Source: Phaeosaccion multiseriatum (Eukaryota; Protista; Ochrophyta, other classes). From it: 64,000 bases of DNA. A program made the translations under genes and the position numbers. Positions 48,666 through 62,408 of the stretch are shown piece by piece. The stretch is from assembly GCA_965112735.1 (NCBI GenBank), contig OZ218965.1, positions 1,674,001-1,738,000 of the forward strand, read 5' to 3'. A model generated the notes under the pieces. The model did not search any database. It saw only the letters and a list, made by a program, of their open reading frames with translations, and was not told the origin of the DNA. Numbering within the stretch: position 1 is the first letter of the stretch; every line of letters starts with the position of its first letter.

Positions 48666-50828
48666 TCCATCTATCCCCATGCCGGAGTTCTATTCTCAAT
48701 ACCGATACTCAATGTCGATCCCACCAACGCACGACTCACAGGCACTCTCCAAGAGCAGCTCAAACGCCTCCGCCAAGAGCGGAAGGAGCGGGCGGAAAGG
48801 ATCACCGCTCCTTGGCGCCCCGGGGGGTACCACATTGCCAACGGCCCCTGGGACTCATTCGTGCCGAGGAAGCGTGGGCCTGAACTAATTCGGGAACAAG
48901 CCAACAAAAAGGACCAGGAGCAACGCCTGTTGACGGACGGAGGGGGAGAAGGGGGGGGAGAAGGAGGAGGAGGGGCCATAGAGGGTGGGGCAGTAGTGGC
49001 TGCTGCATCTGGAGGGACCGAGAAAGGAGGAGGAGGAGGAGGAGGAGGAGGAGGAGGAGGAGGAGGAGGAGGAGGAGGAGAAGGAGGAGGGAGTACTGTG
49101 AAGAAGTATCGCATCACTCCGGCAAGAGCGTTCCAAGACGCGCTCGGCAAGCACGCACACGCTCTCTTTACGAACAGTGGGCCCAAGCAGAACACCACCT
49201 CCTTGAAGAGTACGTACTCCGCCTACGCCACGCCAATTGTGAGGAGCAGGGGCACTCCACAACTCGCCAAGACCAAGGAGCGCATGCGTAGGAGCCGTCA
49301 ACGGACGGGTGCTCGCAGCGATCGCTTGAGTACCAACGCAAGCAACACTTCCTCCTGCCCCTCAAACCGAAACAAAGAGGGCGGTGGTAACAAGTATACG
49401 GGCAAAGACAAAAAAGCAAGTGCGGGTGCGGGCACGGATGGGCGGACGAGTAGGGCGGAAAGTAGGGCTGGTGCAGGGAGAAGGGGCGCCGCAGAGGTCG
49501 GAGTTAGACAGCCGCATGGTGAGTTTGGAGTGGGGGGGTCGAAGGCGCCTCGGCCTCTCAGCTATGTGCCCCTCGGGGAGGAGGAGGACCGTATGCGCGG
49601 GGAGAGCGACGTTGGGTTTATCGCCAAGTTGACGGCTCAGTCGCTGTCTCCGAGTCGAGAGGTATGCGAAGCTGGACAGCAGCAGCAGCAGCAAGACGGG
49701 TTGTGTGAAGAAGATATCAAGGGGAGGGAGTTTGGGCCTTGCAGAAACCCCCAAGGAGGAGAAGGAGGGGGAGGAGGAGGGAGTGGTGGAGAGCCAGAGC
49801 AAGGCGCCGGAGCTGGTGGTGGTGTGACCGATGGAGGAGGGGTAGCCAAGGGCAGTACCGCCTTCTCCTTCCCTCCTTCCTCCTGCGCCTCCCCCTACCC
49901 GGAGGGATGGACCCCAGACCTCGGGCCTGCCCCTCGACAGCGAAAGGATGGTAGCGCATTCACCACTTACGCCGCACGCACGCACGCACGTCGCTTGTCG
50001 CCGGACAAGCTCCGCTCTCAGCAGAGCCTCGCCTTTGGGGCCACAGGGCGGCGTGACTCGCACCAGCAGCACCAGCACGAGGAGGCGAGGCGCTTCCTTC
50101 TCGAGCAGGAGCAGTTGGTGATTCGGCAGCAGCAACAGCTGGCGCAGGGGCAAGCAAGGCCGGCATCAGCGGAGGGGAGGGGAGGAGAGGAGAGTAGCAA
50201 CAGCCGCAGCCCTCCCTCTCAGTCTCAGCAGCGGCGTCGTCGGCCCCAGTCCGCCCACCCAGCTGCTGTATCACCAACTGGCGCGGGTGGCGGTGATGCT
50301 GCTGCCCTTGACGCATACCATGGCGCCTCAGGGGGCCATCATCATCATCGCTGCCCGGGTGAGGCGGTGGCGAGAGGCACAGCCCTCCCTACTGCCGTGC
50401 GGCCCCAGACAGCCCCTGGGGGTGGGTATCGCAGTCGCCCAAGTCAGGGCAGCAGGAGAATCGTCATCCCTACCACCACGGTAGCGGGGGAGGGGCAAGG
50501 GCAGGGGCAGGAGAGCGACGAGGAAGGGAATGACTGCGGCGTGCTTGACGACGACGATGATTACGCGGATGACCAACTTGAGGAGGGCTTGAACTTGGAC
50601 GTGGTCGGAGAGAGGGACTATCTGAAACGCTCATACGAAAGAGACGGCATGAGTGGGGGCACCGGGAGGGGACAAAGTACCTTCCCACACAACTTCAGTC
50701 AGCGGACTCGTCCCCAGGGGTCCAGCGGCTGGAAGCGGGTGTACGGACGGCTCTGCGACAGTTCGGACGTGACGCACTCGAGGGCGGTGTACGAGTACAA
50801 CCTCCGTAGGCAGCAGCAGTTGGTGATA

Positions 50829-50863
<35 letters not shown>

Positions 50864-53800
50864 GTCCGGGGGGCAGCAGCAGTCAGACGGGCAGCAGCAG
50901 GCCCGGCGGCGGCCGCGTCAGGTGTCATCGCCGGACGGTGCGAGGCTCCCCGGGGGGGGGCGCACCGGCAGTGGCAAGCGTTCTTCAGCCAGACGTGACA
51001 TCGCCAACATGGATGCGTGTGGATTCGACTTTGATGCCTTCCTTAGAGACTCAATACTGTCCTGCCAGGCGCCGGACACGAGGCGGCAGTACGTCCCGAC
51101 CAAGGCCGGGGGAGGGAGAGGGAGAGGAGGGCACGAGGATGGTAGGCGTCGACCCACGACGGCAGGTGCCAAGCTACAGGTGCAATCCTACGCGAGTCAG
51201 CTCGGAAGCGGCACCGCCTATCCCTTCCGTGCGAGCAGCGCTGGTGGACGTCGTCAAACTTGCCTCGAAGCCGAGGACCGAAGAGGGGGATGCACAAGCG
51301 GAGGGCGCAATAGCAACAACAATCACAGGAACAGCAGCACCGGGATGGGCTACTCCGAGGAGGAGAGAGGAGGAGGAGAGCAGCTCTGCCCCGCAGCGCT
51401 CAGTTCTCTGCAGGAGGGCAGCGTGGAGACGTTGGTGGCAGGAGGTGGCGCCGTTGGTGGCAGCAGCGATGGAAACACGAGAGGGGCAGGGGCAGAGGAA
51501 GGGAAGGGGGCTCCGAAACGCCTTGGGAGTAAGCTCCGTGCGGAAGAGGAGTCTCTAGGGTGGAGCACTCAACAGCGCACACGCACTCGGCATGTGGTGA
51601 TGAGAGGGTACTTTATGCGATCACTACGGGATAAGAGTTATGAGGGGTATCTGAAACGACACCCCAACCACAGCAACCACAGGAGAGGCGACAGGCTTGA
51701 CGGAACTGACGGGACCGACAGGACTCACAGTCGTAGTTGTAGTCGCTCTCCGCCTCCGCCTCCTCGTCCGAGCTCTCACGCGACCTCAAGCTGTCAAGCC
51801 AAAGGAGAGGAGCGGAGGGAGGGGGAGGGGGAGGGGGAGGAGCAGGGGAGCCGAGGGTGTGGAGGTCGGGATGCGGGCGAGGGGGGTGATGCTCCGGAGG
51901 AAGGAGAGAAGCAGCAGTTGCAGTCGCAGGGGCAGGGGGAGGAAGGGAATGAGAGGAAGGAAGTCAGACCTGACGGTAGGGAGTCAGGGCCCGAGGAAGG
52001 GGAGGAGCAGCAGCAGCAGCAGGAGGAGGAGGAGGAGGACGAGGAGGACGAGGAGGAGGAGAAGGGGGCGACGGAGGTGGTGACGTATGATTGGAAGACT
52101 GCCGACCTGAGAGAGCTGGCGGCCTACGCAGACGAGCTGAAGGAGACCATCACGGATCTATACATGGGGGTGTGCGAGACTAAGGAACCTCTATTCAACA
52201 AGAACTTTGCGGCGGCGCTGGACCTCCTTGCGTGTGTGGCCGACAAGCTGAGGTGGCCCCAGAGGAGCTTTGAGAGGTATTGGGCCCGCTTTAGTAGGGG
52301 TAGTAGTAGTAGTAGTAGTAGTAGTAGCAGTGGTGGTGGTGGTGGTGACAGTGGCAGTAGTAGTGGTGGTGGTGGTAGGAGCAACAACAAGACGCGGCGC
52401 GGTGAGTGGACAGTGGCCGAGTACGCCTCTGTCGTGTCACGGCTGAACCTCTTGTGGACCACCATCTGTCAGCAGATTGAGTGCGTAGCGGGCATGATAC
52501 TGCCACGTGAAGAGCTGTTGCTGGAGCTCGGTGGATGGAGCGGCAGCTTAGAGACCGCAGACTACAGGAGCAGAAGGGGCCTTCTCTGCGAGTACAACTT
52601 GGGCGTGCAGACGGCGATTCAGACGTGGCAGGCGTTGGTTCCTTGGCGGACGAGGGTACTGTACGGAGGCTATAGAAGAGGAGAAGGAGGTGGGGGTGAG
52701 GATGCGGGTGAGGTGGGGGGGATGCCATACTTGGAGCAGATGAAGGGAGATCAGAGCTTGCTTCCGCCGTGGGACGCAGAGCGCTACAAGCGGGACGTTC
52801 GGAATAAGGAGATGGCTCGAGTGCAGGAGTTGGAGCGGCAAAGAGAGGAGAGGGAGAGGCGGAGGTGGGAGAGGGAGCAGCAGCAGCAGCAGGAGGAGGA
52901 GGAGGAGAGGGAGAGGAGGATCATCGAGCAGGAGGCACAGCAGGCAGCACAGCAGGCAGCACGGCGACTAAGCCCCGGCAGGTCGGTCCCGAGAGGGATA
53001 CGAGGAGCCGGCAGGGGGGGGCAAGGAGGTGTAGGGAGAGGGGGAAAGAGTCGGCTTCAAAGCACGCGTAACTGCAGCCGGGGGGCGGAGACGGATGGCG
53101 TCGAGATCATTCGTCCGAGCGAAGCGATACACGAAGAGGAGACTCCTCCTCCACAGAGGCCTGTCGAGACTGACGAGAACGGATCAGCAGCAACAGCAGC
53201 ATCATCATCACGAGTTGGTGATACAGCGACGAAGATGATGGCTGCAGAGACGATCCCTCCGGTCGTGGCCTCTTCGACGGCAGCAGATGTCATACAGAGG
53301 GGCTTGCTCTCTGCATTGGCGCTATTGGCCGAGATGCCAAAGCCTTCGAGGACGGGAAGCGCCGGTGGTGTAGCTAGGAACCCTGCGAGAACGGGAAGCA
53401 AGTGTGGTGCCGCTGCAGCTTCTACTACCGCTGCATCTGCTTCTGCTACTCTTACTACGCCCTCACCCGCAGCAGGAGGATCCACTGTGGAATCCTCTCC
53501 AGATGCTACTGGTGCCACTGGTGGTGCTACTGGTGCTGCTGCTACTACTAGTGGCGCCACCACTACTATAGCTACGCCCTCGTCAGCGGCAGAAGGGTCC
53601 ACCGTCGATCCCTCCCCACCGAAGCCCTCCTCGACCTCTGCTGCACCGCCGGCGGCCACTGCAGCCAGTGAGGCGGAGATTGTTCCTTCGACGACGAGTA
53701 TCAGGCAAGGCAGCCAGAGCAGCGGTGCGGACCATAAGAGATACACTAGTGTGTACCGTCAGCAGCAAGGCAGCAGAAGCACAAGTAGCCCAAGCACCAG

Positions 53801-54002
53801 CAACGGGAGCAGCAGCAGCAGCCGCAGAAACAGGGGCAGAAACGCGTCTCCTGCGCGAGCAACCATGCAGAAAGCACAGCCACTAATGAAAGGCTTGGAA
53901 GGTAGGGACACCGCAACGGCAGCAGAAGCAGCAACAGTAGCAGCAGGGGCGGCAGCAGGGGCAGCAGCAGGGGTGTCGGGCGGCGCCGGAGCGGGTGGCT
54001 GA
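44559..54002 (+). CDS. Very large low-complexity hypothetical protein, about 9 exons, 5.2-kb last exon
   Basis: Exon chain from ATG 44559. SDPDHLG|[11 protein letters not shown] splices in phase into the 1713-aa ORF ending at 54002. Internal exon borders are approximate. Confidence 0.65.
48158..48510 (+). repeat. G-rich ~21-bp minisatellite (GGGTGGGTGAGGTTGGGTATT)n in an intron
   Basis: About 16 degenerate units starting at the donor site. Confidence 0.9.
48572..48663. repeat. (CA)n microsatellite
   Basis: About 45 CA units. Confidence 0.95.
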
Positions 54003-54349
54003 CGAGGAGGAGGGTACCTCTGTGGGCCTGTAGGGGGTTTTGACTTGCTTGTGGACGAGGACTTGAGGAGTCTTTGCAGCGCGTGGGAGAGATGGAGAGA
54101 TGGCAGTAGATGGTCGTTGAGACTCCTAAGGCTAGAGCGTTAGCAAAGAGCACCACCACATCCAAGGCAAATAAGGTATTCAGAAACGAATGGATGTCCA
54201 AGAGACTCTCACTCAGATACGTTAATTAATCTTAATTAATAATAAGATCGTGTTAACGTGGACAACAGTGCTCGGCTTCGATGACTCCTCTCTCTCTCTC
54301 TTTTTGTCTCTCTCTGTCCCCTCTTTCCCCTTTCTCTCTGATCGACACT

Positions 54350-57300
54350 CTACGCTGCGTACTGACTAGGGGTGAGCACATGGTAGAGCGCCGCCGCCTC
54401 CTGAAACAACGCGAAGCACTCGAAGCGCTGCCCGTTATAGAAACTCTCCAGCAGGCTCCTCAGCACGAGCGTGTTGCAACTGGCATCCAGCAGCTCCGAC
54501 AGGGGCACGGGTGTGTGCGGTCCCCAGTCACACAGCAACAAAAACGCCTCCCGGATCACCGTCTCCCTCCGTCCCTCGTGCCCCACACCTTCTCGCATAA
54601 CAGTATCCGCCGCCGTCAGCTGCAGCCCCTCCACTGCCATCGGGTCCACGCTGCTCATCACATCCCAAATGGGTCGCTCGTACGTTTCATCGTGCCACGT
54701 CCACGTCTCAACGTGCAGCAGCTTGACGAGTTGCCCCAGAATGTGCGGGTCGTGAAGCAAAAAAATGCAAAAGGCCGGCCCGCCGTGCAAGCGACAAGTG
54801 GTGGCCGCGAGACGCAGCACGCTCAGCCGAGTGTCAAGCGACACGGAAGCGTAGGTCCGCCTCTCTGTAGAGAAGGCCGTCTGACAGAGCTTCCGCAGGA
54901 CATCAGGACCTGTCCTCCTGGCCAGGAGGTAGGCGAAGACGAGAGGGTCGCGCAGAATGAGGTGCAGGAGGCGTATGGCGAGGAGGCGCGGGTGAGGGTT
55001 GTCGCTATCATAGCCGAGTACTAGCGAGTCCATTGCATCGCCCTCCAGTAGGCCCGCCCAGCCGGCTGGAACAGGAACAGGAGCAGCAGCAGTAGCAACT
55101 GTTGCGGCAGCACCAGCAGCGGCGCTAGCAGCGGGGGAAGACGGTGCAGCTGCGTCTCGCCCTGCAGTGCCGCCATCATGTCCATCATCACGAGAAGCGC
55201 CCCCCCCCTTAGCATCGCTACGCACGCCCGAGGTGGTGCCCACTTTCCTGCAGGGAGGCGGCGACATTGCGGCATTAGCGGCGGCTCGCGCTGCCTGCGC
55301 TACGGGAGAGTCGTTCATTCTTTCAGCTCCGTCCGCGCCGCCAGCACCCGCCTTGCCCCCCTGGGACCGGCTTTTGGCCTTGCCTTTGCCTTTGGTTTGA
55401 CCCTTGCCCTTGCTCTTGGTCTTTCCATCGCCCTTGCCTTCCTCATCCTCGCCCTCATCCTTGCCCTCCCCCCGTTCCCCACTCTTGCCCCCCGAGGTTC
55501 TCCTCAGCGGTGATCCCACATGCGCCTGCTCCTGTCCACCCCCTGCTTGCTCCTGTCCACCCCCTGCTTGCTGCTGCTGCTGCTGCTGCTGCTGCTTCTG
55601 CTGGTGGTGGTGATGCTTGGGGTACTGGTGGGAATTCCCAGTCCCAGGGTTTCCATGTGGCCTTCCCAGAGGCCCCGGCTCCTCCCACACCATTGCCGTG
55701 AGGAGATGCAAGAGCGCCTCCAAAGCGCCCTCCGCCTCACTGCCTTCCCCAGCGTAACTGTAGCGGTGGAACAGAGCAATCAAGAGCTTTTGCAGCCGCT
55801 CAGGGGTGGGGTCAGGTACACCGGCTTCAATCTGCTTGCAAAACAGCTTACTGGCCCATAGACTACCATTGCTGCCGCCGCTGCCGCTGCCGTGGCCGCT
55901 CCTACCGCTGCTACAGTTGCCTTTTCCCTTTGTATCGCCCTCATACCTCTTCCTCTTGCTCTCCCTCCAGCTGTCATTGGCCCAGTCCTTCGGGTCGAAG
56001 CTGCTCTTCCTCTTTCGGGAAGAGGAGGCACCACTTGCATCACCCTCGCCACTGCTAGAAGAAACACCGCCGCTGGACCCTCTCTCATTGCTCCCATCGC
56101 CTCCCTTGCTCTTACACCGATGATCAGGGTCGTCGTCAACATGTCCACGGCCGTTCCCCTCCGTGCCGCAAAGACGCCTGCCCCCACAACCCCCCCACGC
56201 CTCCACGCGAATGTCCTTCAGTACCTCCTCAGCTCCTGCCACACCCAAGACGGGTTTTCCGTCCACGAGAATGCAGCTGGCAATGTGCTTCGCCACATCA
56301 GACAAGTGCGCAGCGGCCCTGCTTGCCCTGCTTTCTGCTGCTGGTACTCGTCCTGTTCCGGCGGCCGAGGTCACTTCTGATCCTTCCGCGAGCTCGCCGC
56401 CGCGCCCCCCTCCCCTCCTCTTCTCTCTAGTAGCTGCCCCTGCCCCTCCATTCCCTTCCCCAACAGTTGGTGATACAGCGGGGTCCGACCACGAGGACGG
56501 TACACATCGCGACACGAGCTCATCCTTGAGAGGGGTGATGCCGAATGTCAGCGTGGCCAGCAGCAGGCGGAGCATACTCGCGACGGGGGCATCACACCAC
56601 TCTGCATCCTCTACCTCCACCACTGCCTCCACATAGCGGATAAGCACCTTCTCTCGTTAAGGGTTACGGGGGCAACCAGAAAAAAGTGCGTGCATGCATA
56701 CATACATACATACATAGGCAGATGAGGTGAAAAAGCCGGGAAAACAGTACGGCGAGGGGCGCAAAAATGGACGGTGGGGGAAGGAGGCGAGCATAATTCT
56801 ACACCGACAAATCACCGACCCTCAGTTCTCCTGCCCTCCCCCCCTCCCTTTGTGAGGAATTCAGCGCATCGACAACAAGACAGGAGGCGTACAAAAAACA
56901 AAACAAAACAAAAGAGTTGCCCCACCTTCAGCAGCTCTCTCTCGAGCTCCAAGACAGGCTCGTCTCTCCCAATGGCCGACATGTCGGTGACGACGGAGAG
57001 TAGATCTGCGGACAGACGCGTCCATCGCTCCTGCACCGCTGCCGCAGCCGCCGCTCTCTCGGCTCGCTGCTCCTCTCCTTCCCTTACACTGGCTCGCCTC
57101 GCCCTCTTTCGACCCCCCCCCTGGTCGGTGCTGCCTGGCGTGAGCTGTGACAGTGCCTCTCCCTCTTCATCAGAGCTTTGGTCCCGTTGCTGCGAGTCTT
57201 GGCTGTCGTCCGGCGGCTCGATCTGCGTACAGGGCATACCGGTCTGCTCGTACTCACGTTCATGCTCGTCCTCGCCGACCTCATCCTCGTACACCTCCTC

Positions 57301-59206
57301 GCCCTCCTCCTCTCTATCTCTGCGGTGGTGGTGGTGGTGGTGGTGGTGGTGGCGCTCTCTCTCTCTGACGTCATCATCAAAGCGAATTCTTCGCTTTAGT
57401 CCGTCCCCGTTGATGCGGAGGGCACTCCCTCCCTTTGTAAATGAGGACTCCGAGTAATAGGGACTTCCTCGGCTGCTGCTGGACATGGAGAGCAGGGGGG
57501 ATTGGGTGAGTTCGCCGGCAGAGCTTCCGCCCCCGCCAGCCCGAGGGGTCTCAAAAGTGCCAGGATGCCCTGCTCGCGACGAAGGCAAGAGGCAGCTGCT
57601 GGAGCTCATAGTGCTTGCCGAGCCTGTACCGAGAAGCTGTAGCACGCTGCAGCGCGAGAGCGGGAAGAGGCGAAGCCCGGAAGATGGGAGAGAGGGAGGG
57701 AGGGAGGGAGGGAGGGAGGGAGAGAGGGACACGGGGGGGGGGGTGAAGGTAAGAGACTTGAACGGATGAGGCGCGAGGAGAAGGTGGGAGCGAGAAAGTG
57801 AGTGAAGAGATTGGAGGAGGGGGGGGGGTGCAAGGTGGTGCTTCACGTCGTGACACAATCCCATCAAGCCGCAAGAGAGGAGAAGAGGGGAGGGAGCACC
57901 ACCTTGGGCGGGACAGGCAAGTACAAGTACAAGCACTACTCACTCGTCACGGAAGTCGCAGCATATCATGTCCACGAGGCGGAGGCTCAGGGGTTCCTCT
58001 TCACTTCGGCCTTGGCCTTCGCCACCACCACCTCCATCGTCGTCGACAGTTGTATTCTTGGCCTCCCGAAGCTGCTGCAGCAGCTGCCGCTTGTCTTCCT
58101 CCTTCTCCTTCGCCAGAGCCGCAGCAGCAGCCTCTGCCCCCTTTGCCGCCTCCTCCCTCTCACGATTCGCTGCCGCAACCCTCCCCGCAGCCTCTGTCGT
58201 CGCTTTCCTGGCCCGCGCCTCCGCCTCGCTCTTCGCCCTCCTCAGCGCCAACGCCTGCTGCTGCTCGAGCTTGCCTCGCTCTTCCAGACTCCGTTTCCGC
58301 TCTCCTTCAACCTCTCTTTGCGCTCGCTGTACCACCGTTTCCTTTTCGTGCTCCAAGAAGGCGATTTTACTCTGAGCCTCTGCCACAGCCCGCTCCCGCT
58401 TCTTCCTTTCCTCAATGGGAATGAGCTGCAATTGCGCATCCTGGTCACAAACCTCATTCTTCAGGCCGTCGCACTCTTGCTCCAGGCGCACAACTTGCTC
58501 CGACTTGGCCCGAAGCGCGAGCTCAAGTTGGCGTATCCGCTCCTCTGCAGCAGAAGCAACCGCCGAACTCACACCACCACCACCACCACCACCACCACCA
58601 CCACCACCACCGTCACCACTACCGTCACCACCACCGCCACCAGCGATATCACCGCTGCCCCTGGCGCCGTCGACACGCACACCCATAGCATCTGGACGAG
58701 CAGCGCCCACCACAATAAGAGCAGCAGGGTCAGCCATACCCGCCCCTGCGTCTCCTTCTCTGGCTACAGCGAAAGCCCCGGTCGGAGGCCTCACCCCAGC
58801 GGGAGACCTCACAGGGGAAGCCGCCATCGCTGTCTGGACAGCAGCTCCATTGGTTGTAGAAGCAACAGCAGGGAACGGAGGAGAAGTGGCTGGCTGCTGC
58901 GAGTGGTTTGGCTGTTGCGGCTGAGCAAGGGGGGATGGGCAGGTGCCTCCTGCCCTTTCCACAGGGGCTGCTGATGGCTTCCCTTGCCCCTGCCGGGCCT
59001 TCCTCTCTGCGGCTTCCTTCTCTGCTGCCTCTACAGCTGCGATCTCCGCGGCTTCATCTTCGTCGCTGCTGTCCACATCACCGTGCACTGCGTAGGGAGA
59101 GGACCCACTTCCATTCGGCTGTACCACCAACTGCTGCTGTTCTTGTTGCTGCTGCGACTGGGGTCGTCCTTGGTCTTGCGAGTGTGAACCAGGCTGAGAA
59201 GATCGT

Positions 59207-59251
<45 letters not shown>

Positions 59252-60012
59252 TCCTGCCGTTGCCTCGTCGCATCCCTTCTGACCCGTGCTGAGTGCTGCT
59301 TACGGAGCGCTTCCTGCTTCTTATCCTCATGCGCGCCCCCCTGGGAATGTGTGGGAGGGGGTGTTAACGAGTGCGAGCGAGACAGAGTTGGCGCTCGGGC
59401 TGGGGCTCCCGTAGGAGGGGCGCCTTGTTGGTGTTGCTGCTGCTGGTGGAGCGTGGCAGGGCTCGACTCACTCCGCTGCTGGAATCGCCCTTTGGGCTCC
59501 TCCTCCTCCTGCGGCTGCTGCTGCCGAGGCTGGTGAGTCTTAGACCTTTGCTGCCGTATGAGCTCGGCCTGGCGCTTGTTCTCCTGCATCCTCTGCACCT
59601 GCTTGGGTGTGTACTTCGTTGGCTGCTGCTCTTGCTCCTGCCGCTGGGGCGGCTGCGGAAGCTGCTGAAGCTGCTGATGCTGCTCCTGATGCTGATGCTG
59701 GTGCTGGTGGTACTGCTGTGGCCACTGCTCCTGTTCCTGCTCCTTGCGTTGCTGCTGCCTCGGCGCCTGTAGCTTCAGCTGCGGGTCTGGCGCCGCGGCA
59801 TCGTACCTCCCTGCCCGCCCCCCGCCTTTGGCTTTGCTCATGACCAGCCCCTTTCCTTTTGGCGTCGACACGCCTTTCTTCCAGTGCTCACCACCGCCAT
59901 TCAGATGCGTGAGGGCAGATGACTTCCCCGCCTTCGAAGGGCTCTCCTTACGCGCCTTGCTGCCGCCGGAAGGGGCCAAGGTCAGAGGCTTGGCGCCGCC
60001 CCCTCTCTTCAT
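54350..60012 (-). CDS. Large coiled-coil plus C-terminal helical-repeat protein, possibly ATRIP-like, 3 exons
   Basis: ORFs 60012-57940, 57652-56926 and 56647-54350 join in phase (CDFRD|DVLQLLG; ELLK|VLIRYVE); coiled coil; SQ/TQ cluster. Confidence 0.6.
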
Positions 60013-61170
60013 AGCTGCTGCTACTGCTGCTTCTTATCCTCGTGACTAGGATGTCTCCACTCTCTCCAGAACGAGAAGCTCTGCCGCAACGATGGCGGCG
60101 GCCACGAACGGCATCGAGCACTGCTCTACCACTGGGGGCTCGTGTGTCAAGCTGAACCTCGTTGGTCCTGGGGGGAGAGGACCCCGCCTTTTCGTCCGCT
60201 GAAATGCCAGGGTCCTCCACCTCCAAGGGCCTTTCCTCGGCGCCGGGCAGCTCCTGCGCCGGTTCTGATTCAAGGGGATTGAAAGGCGTCGCCCCTCCGC
60301 TTCCCCTTCTACTCCTCCCGGCTCTCTCCTGACAACTGAGGCTTTGGATGCTGGCTTTGAGGAGGCAGCAAAGAATACGACTGGTGATAACGGGAGTTGT
60401 GTAGACTGAAGCGCAGATAGCAAAGAGGCATCGACCTCTGTCACTCCGCCCTCACTACTCGCTCGGCGGGAAAGAAGGGAAGGGGGTCGAGAAAAAAAAA
60501 TCGATCATTTCGATTTCCCCCCTCCCCTCCCCGCTCCTCAATCACATTTGCCGATTGCCTTCGTGTGGGAGAGAGGAGAGAGAGAGGAGCGCTTCAGTGC
60601 CACTGCTGGCCTTCCCGGGATCTCCCGCGCCCTTACACAGCTGGTGAGGTAGTTGCATCGACTGAGGAGGGACTATCGAGGAGAGAGAAGGAGGAGGACG
60701 GAGAGGAGGAAGAGTGAAGGAGGACAAGGACCAGTTAGCCCGTGTACTGTACGGCACTTCAGTTGCTGCCCTGCTGCTGCTCTTTTGTTTCCGCCTCTGT
60801 GGACGCAAACTGTCAAGCTTCCGAAGAGGCAGTGCCTGGGAAGAGGAAGTGCCTGGGCAGCGGAGAGGGCGTCGAGGCTGATGGAGATTCCCTCCCGGAG
60901 ACCGCCGTGGCCAGTACCAAGCCCTTGGAGCAGGAGGAGGACGTCTTTTGCCTGGGCTTTATGCTTGGCTCCTGTCCTGCGGCCTCACCCCTCACCCCTC
61001 CCATTTCCTTTTTGTCTTCCATCCCTGGGCGTCTCTGCAGTGGTGAACGGGAGGTCACAACGCTGACTTCGTCCTCCCTTCCCCGCCAAATCTCTCTGCA
61101 ACTTTACTTTGTATCTTGTGCGTTCGGTGTTGCGTAGCAGGTCAAGTAGTAGTTAGGGAGGCAGCAGCTC

Positions 61171-61419
61171 ATGGACTCTTCCTTCACAGCGTTTCCGTCG
61201 CCCACCTTGCGGAGCAGCAGCAAACAGGCCCGACAGGGGGACGTGGATGAGTGGATGGCGCTGGAAGCCAAAGTCAACAGCGCGGGGAGGATGGCAGCCG
61301 AAGCCAAGGACGTCCTCTTGGAAGACACCATCGCATCGCTGCGGAGGATAGCAGACACCCTCGACCAAGACGCTTGGCTGTACACGCCGAATGGCAGGAA
61401 GATGGCAAACTACGGTTAA
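61171..61419 (+). CDS. Small hypothetical protein, probably a last exon
   Basis: Amphipathic helix ending LRRIADTLDQDAWLY; upstream exons unresolved. Confidence 0.45.
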   Translation: MDSSFTAFPSPTLRSSSKQARQGDVDEWMALEAKVNSAGRMAAEAKDVLLEDTIASLRRIADTLDQDAWLYTPNGRKMANYG

Positions 61420-62042
61420 TGAACCGTAAGTCAGGCCCCCTCTCTCCGTTGTGGCCTCCTGATACCACACAGACGGAAGGGTTGATTGACCGCACCGTGG
61501 CCCTCCATCTTGACTGCTTGGGAGGCGTCTCTGTAGGTGGTCGGCCCTGAGAAAGTCGCGTGTCTCTTCATTCTCCGTAAGGCCTGGAGTGGCATGCCGT
61601 TTTGGAGCCTCTCCAAGAAAGAAAGGCTGGACGGGAGAAGAGGATGACAATGAGTAGTGAGAAGTGGAAGGGCTCGCTACCTCAATTCCTCTTATGTGCA
61701 GGCACCATCGATAAGGCTGCTTAGGGCGATTCGTTTATCGGTGGATCATCACCAGCGGCTGAAGGAGCTTCTCTCAGCAGGTGATAAAGTGGACGGTGTA
61801 TGTCTGTATGTATATATGTATGTATGAATGAATGAATGTATTTTAAACAATCTATATAGACTCTGCACTACAGTACACCAGGCAGGAGGCCATTTCCTAC
61901 TAAGTACCTTACTTATAGAAGTGGAAGAGTCTCTTATGTACCATACAATATAGACTAGGTATACATCTAAAAGCGTCGCTTCCCCTCCTTTTGCAGGGCA
62001 GATAACGCCGCCAATAACACATCTAACTACAAGGCCCCCCAC

Positions 62043-62232
62043 CGTATGCCCTCTTCCCCAACATACCCGTATACGCCCTCTCCCCTCTTCCCCAACATAC
62101 CCGTATACGCCCTCTTCCCTCTTCCCCAACATACCCGTATACGCCCTCTTCCCTCTTCCCCAACATACCCGCATACGCCCTCTCCCCTCTTACCCAACAT
62201 ACCCGTATACGCCCTCTCCCCTCTCACCCAAT
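62043..62232. repeat. 34-bp minisatellite, about 5.5 copies
   Basis: Unit GTATACGCCCTCTYCCCTCTTCCCCAACATACCC in tandem. Confidence 0.92.
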
Positions 62233-62408
62233 AACCTAATCGAGCATGAGCCTGCCCGTCTCCCTTCTCCCCTCCTCCCCACCCGATACCCTAGTGTGCC
62301 TACTACCACCTCTTTATCTTGCCCATCTCAGTCAGTCAACCCCCCTCCCCCATCCCAGTGCTGGTGACGACAGACAGCTTCTCAGCTCGCAATCCGCCAC
62401 GTCTTTCT

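Noticed and set aside
62043-62232. CRISPR-like array (34-bp repeats)
   Set aside because: Units are contiguous with no unique spacers, there are no cas genes, and the context is eukaryotic.
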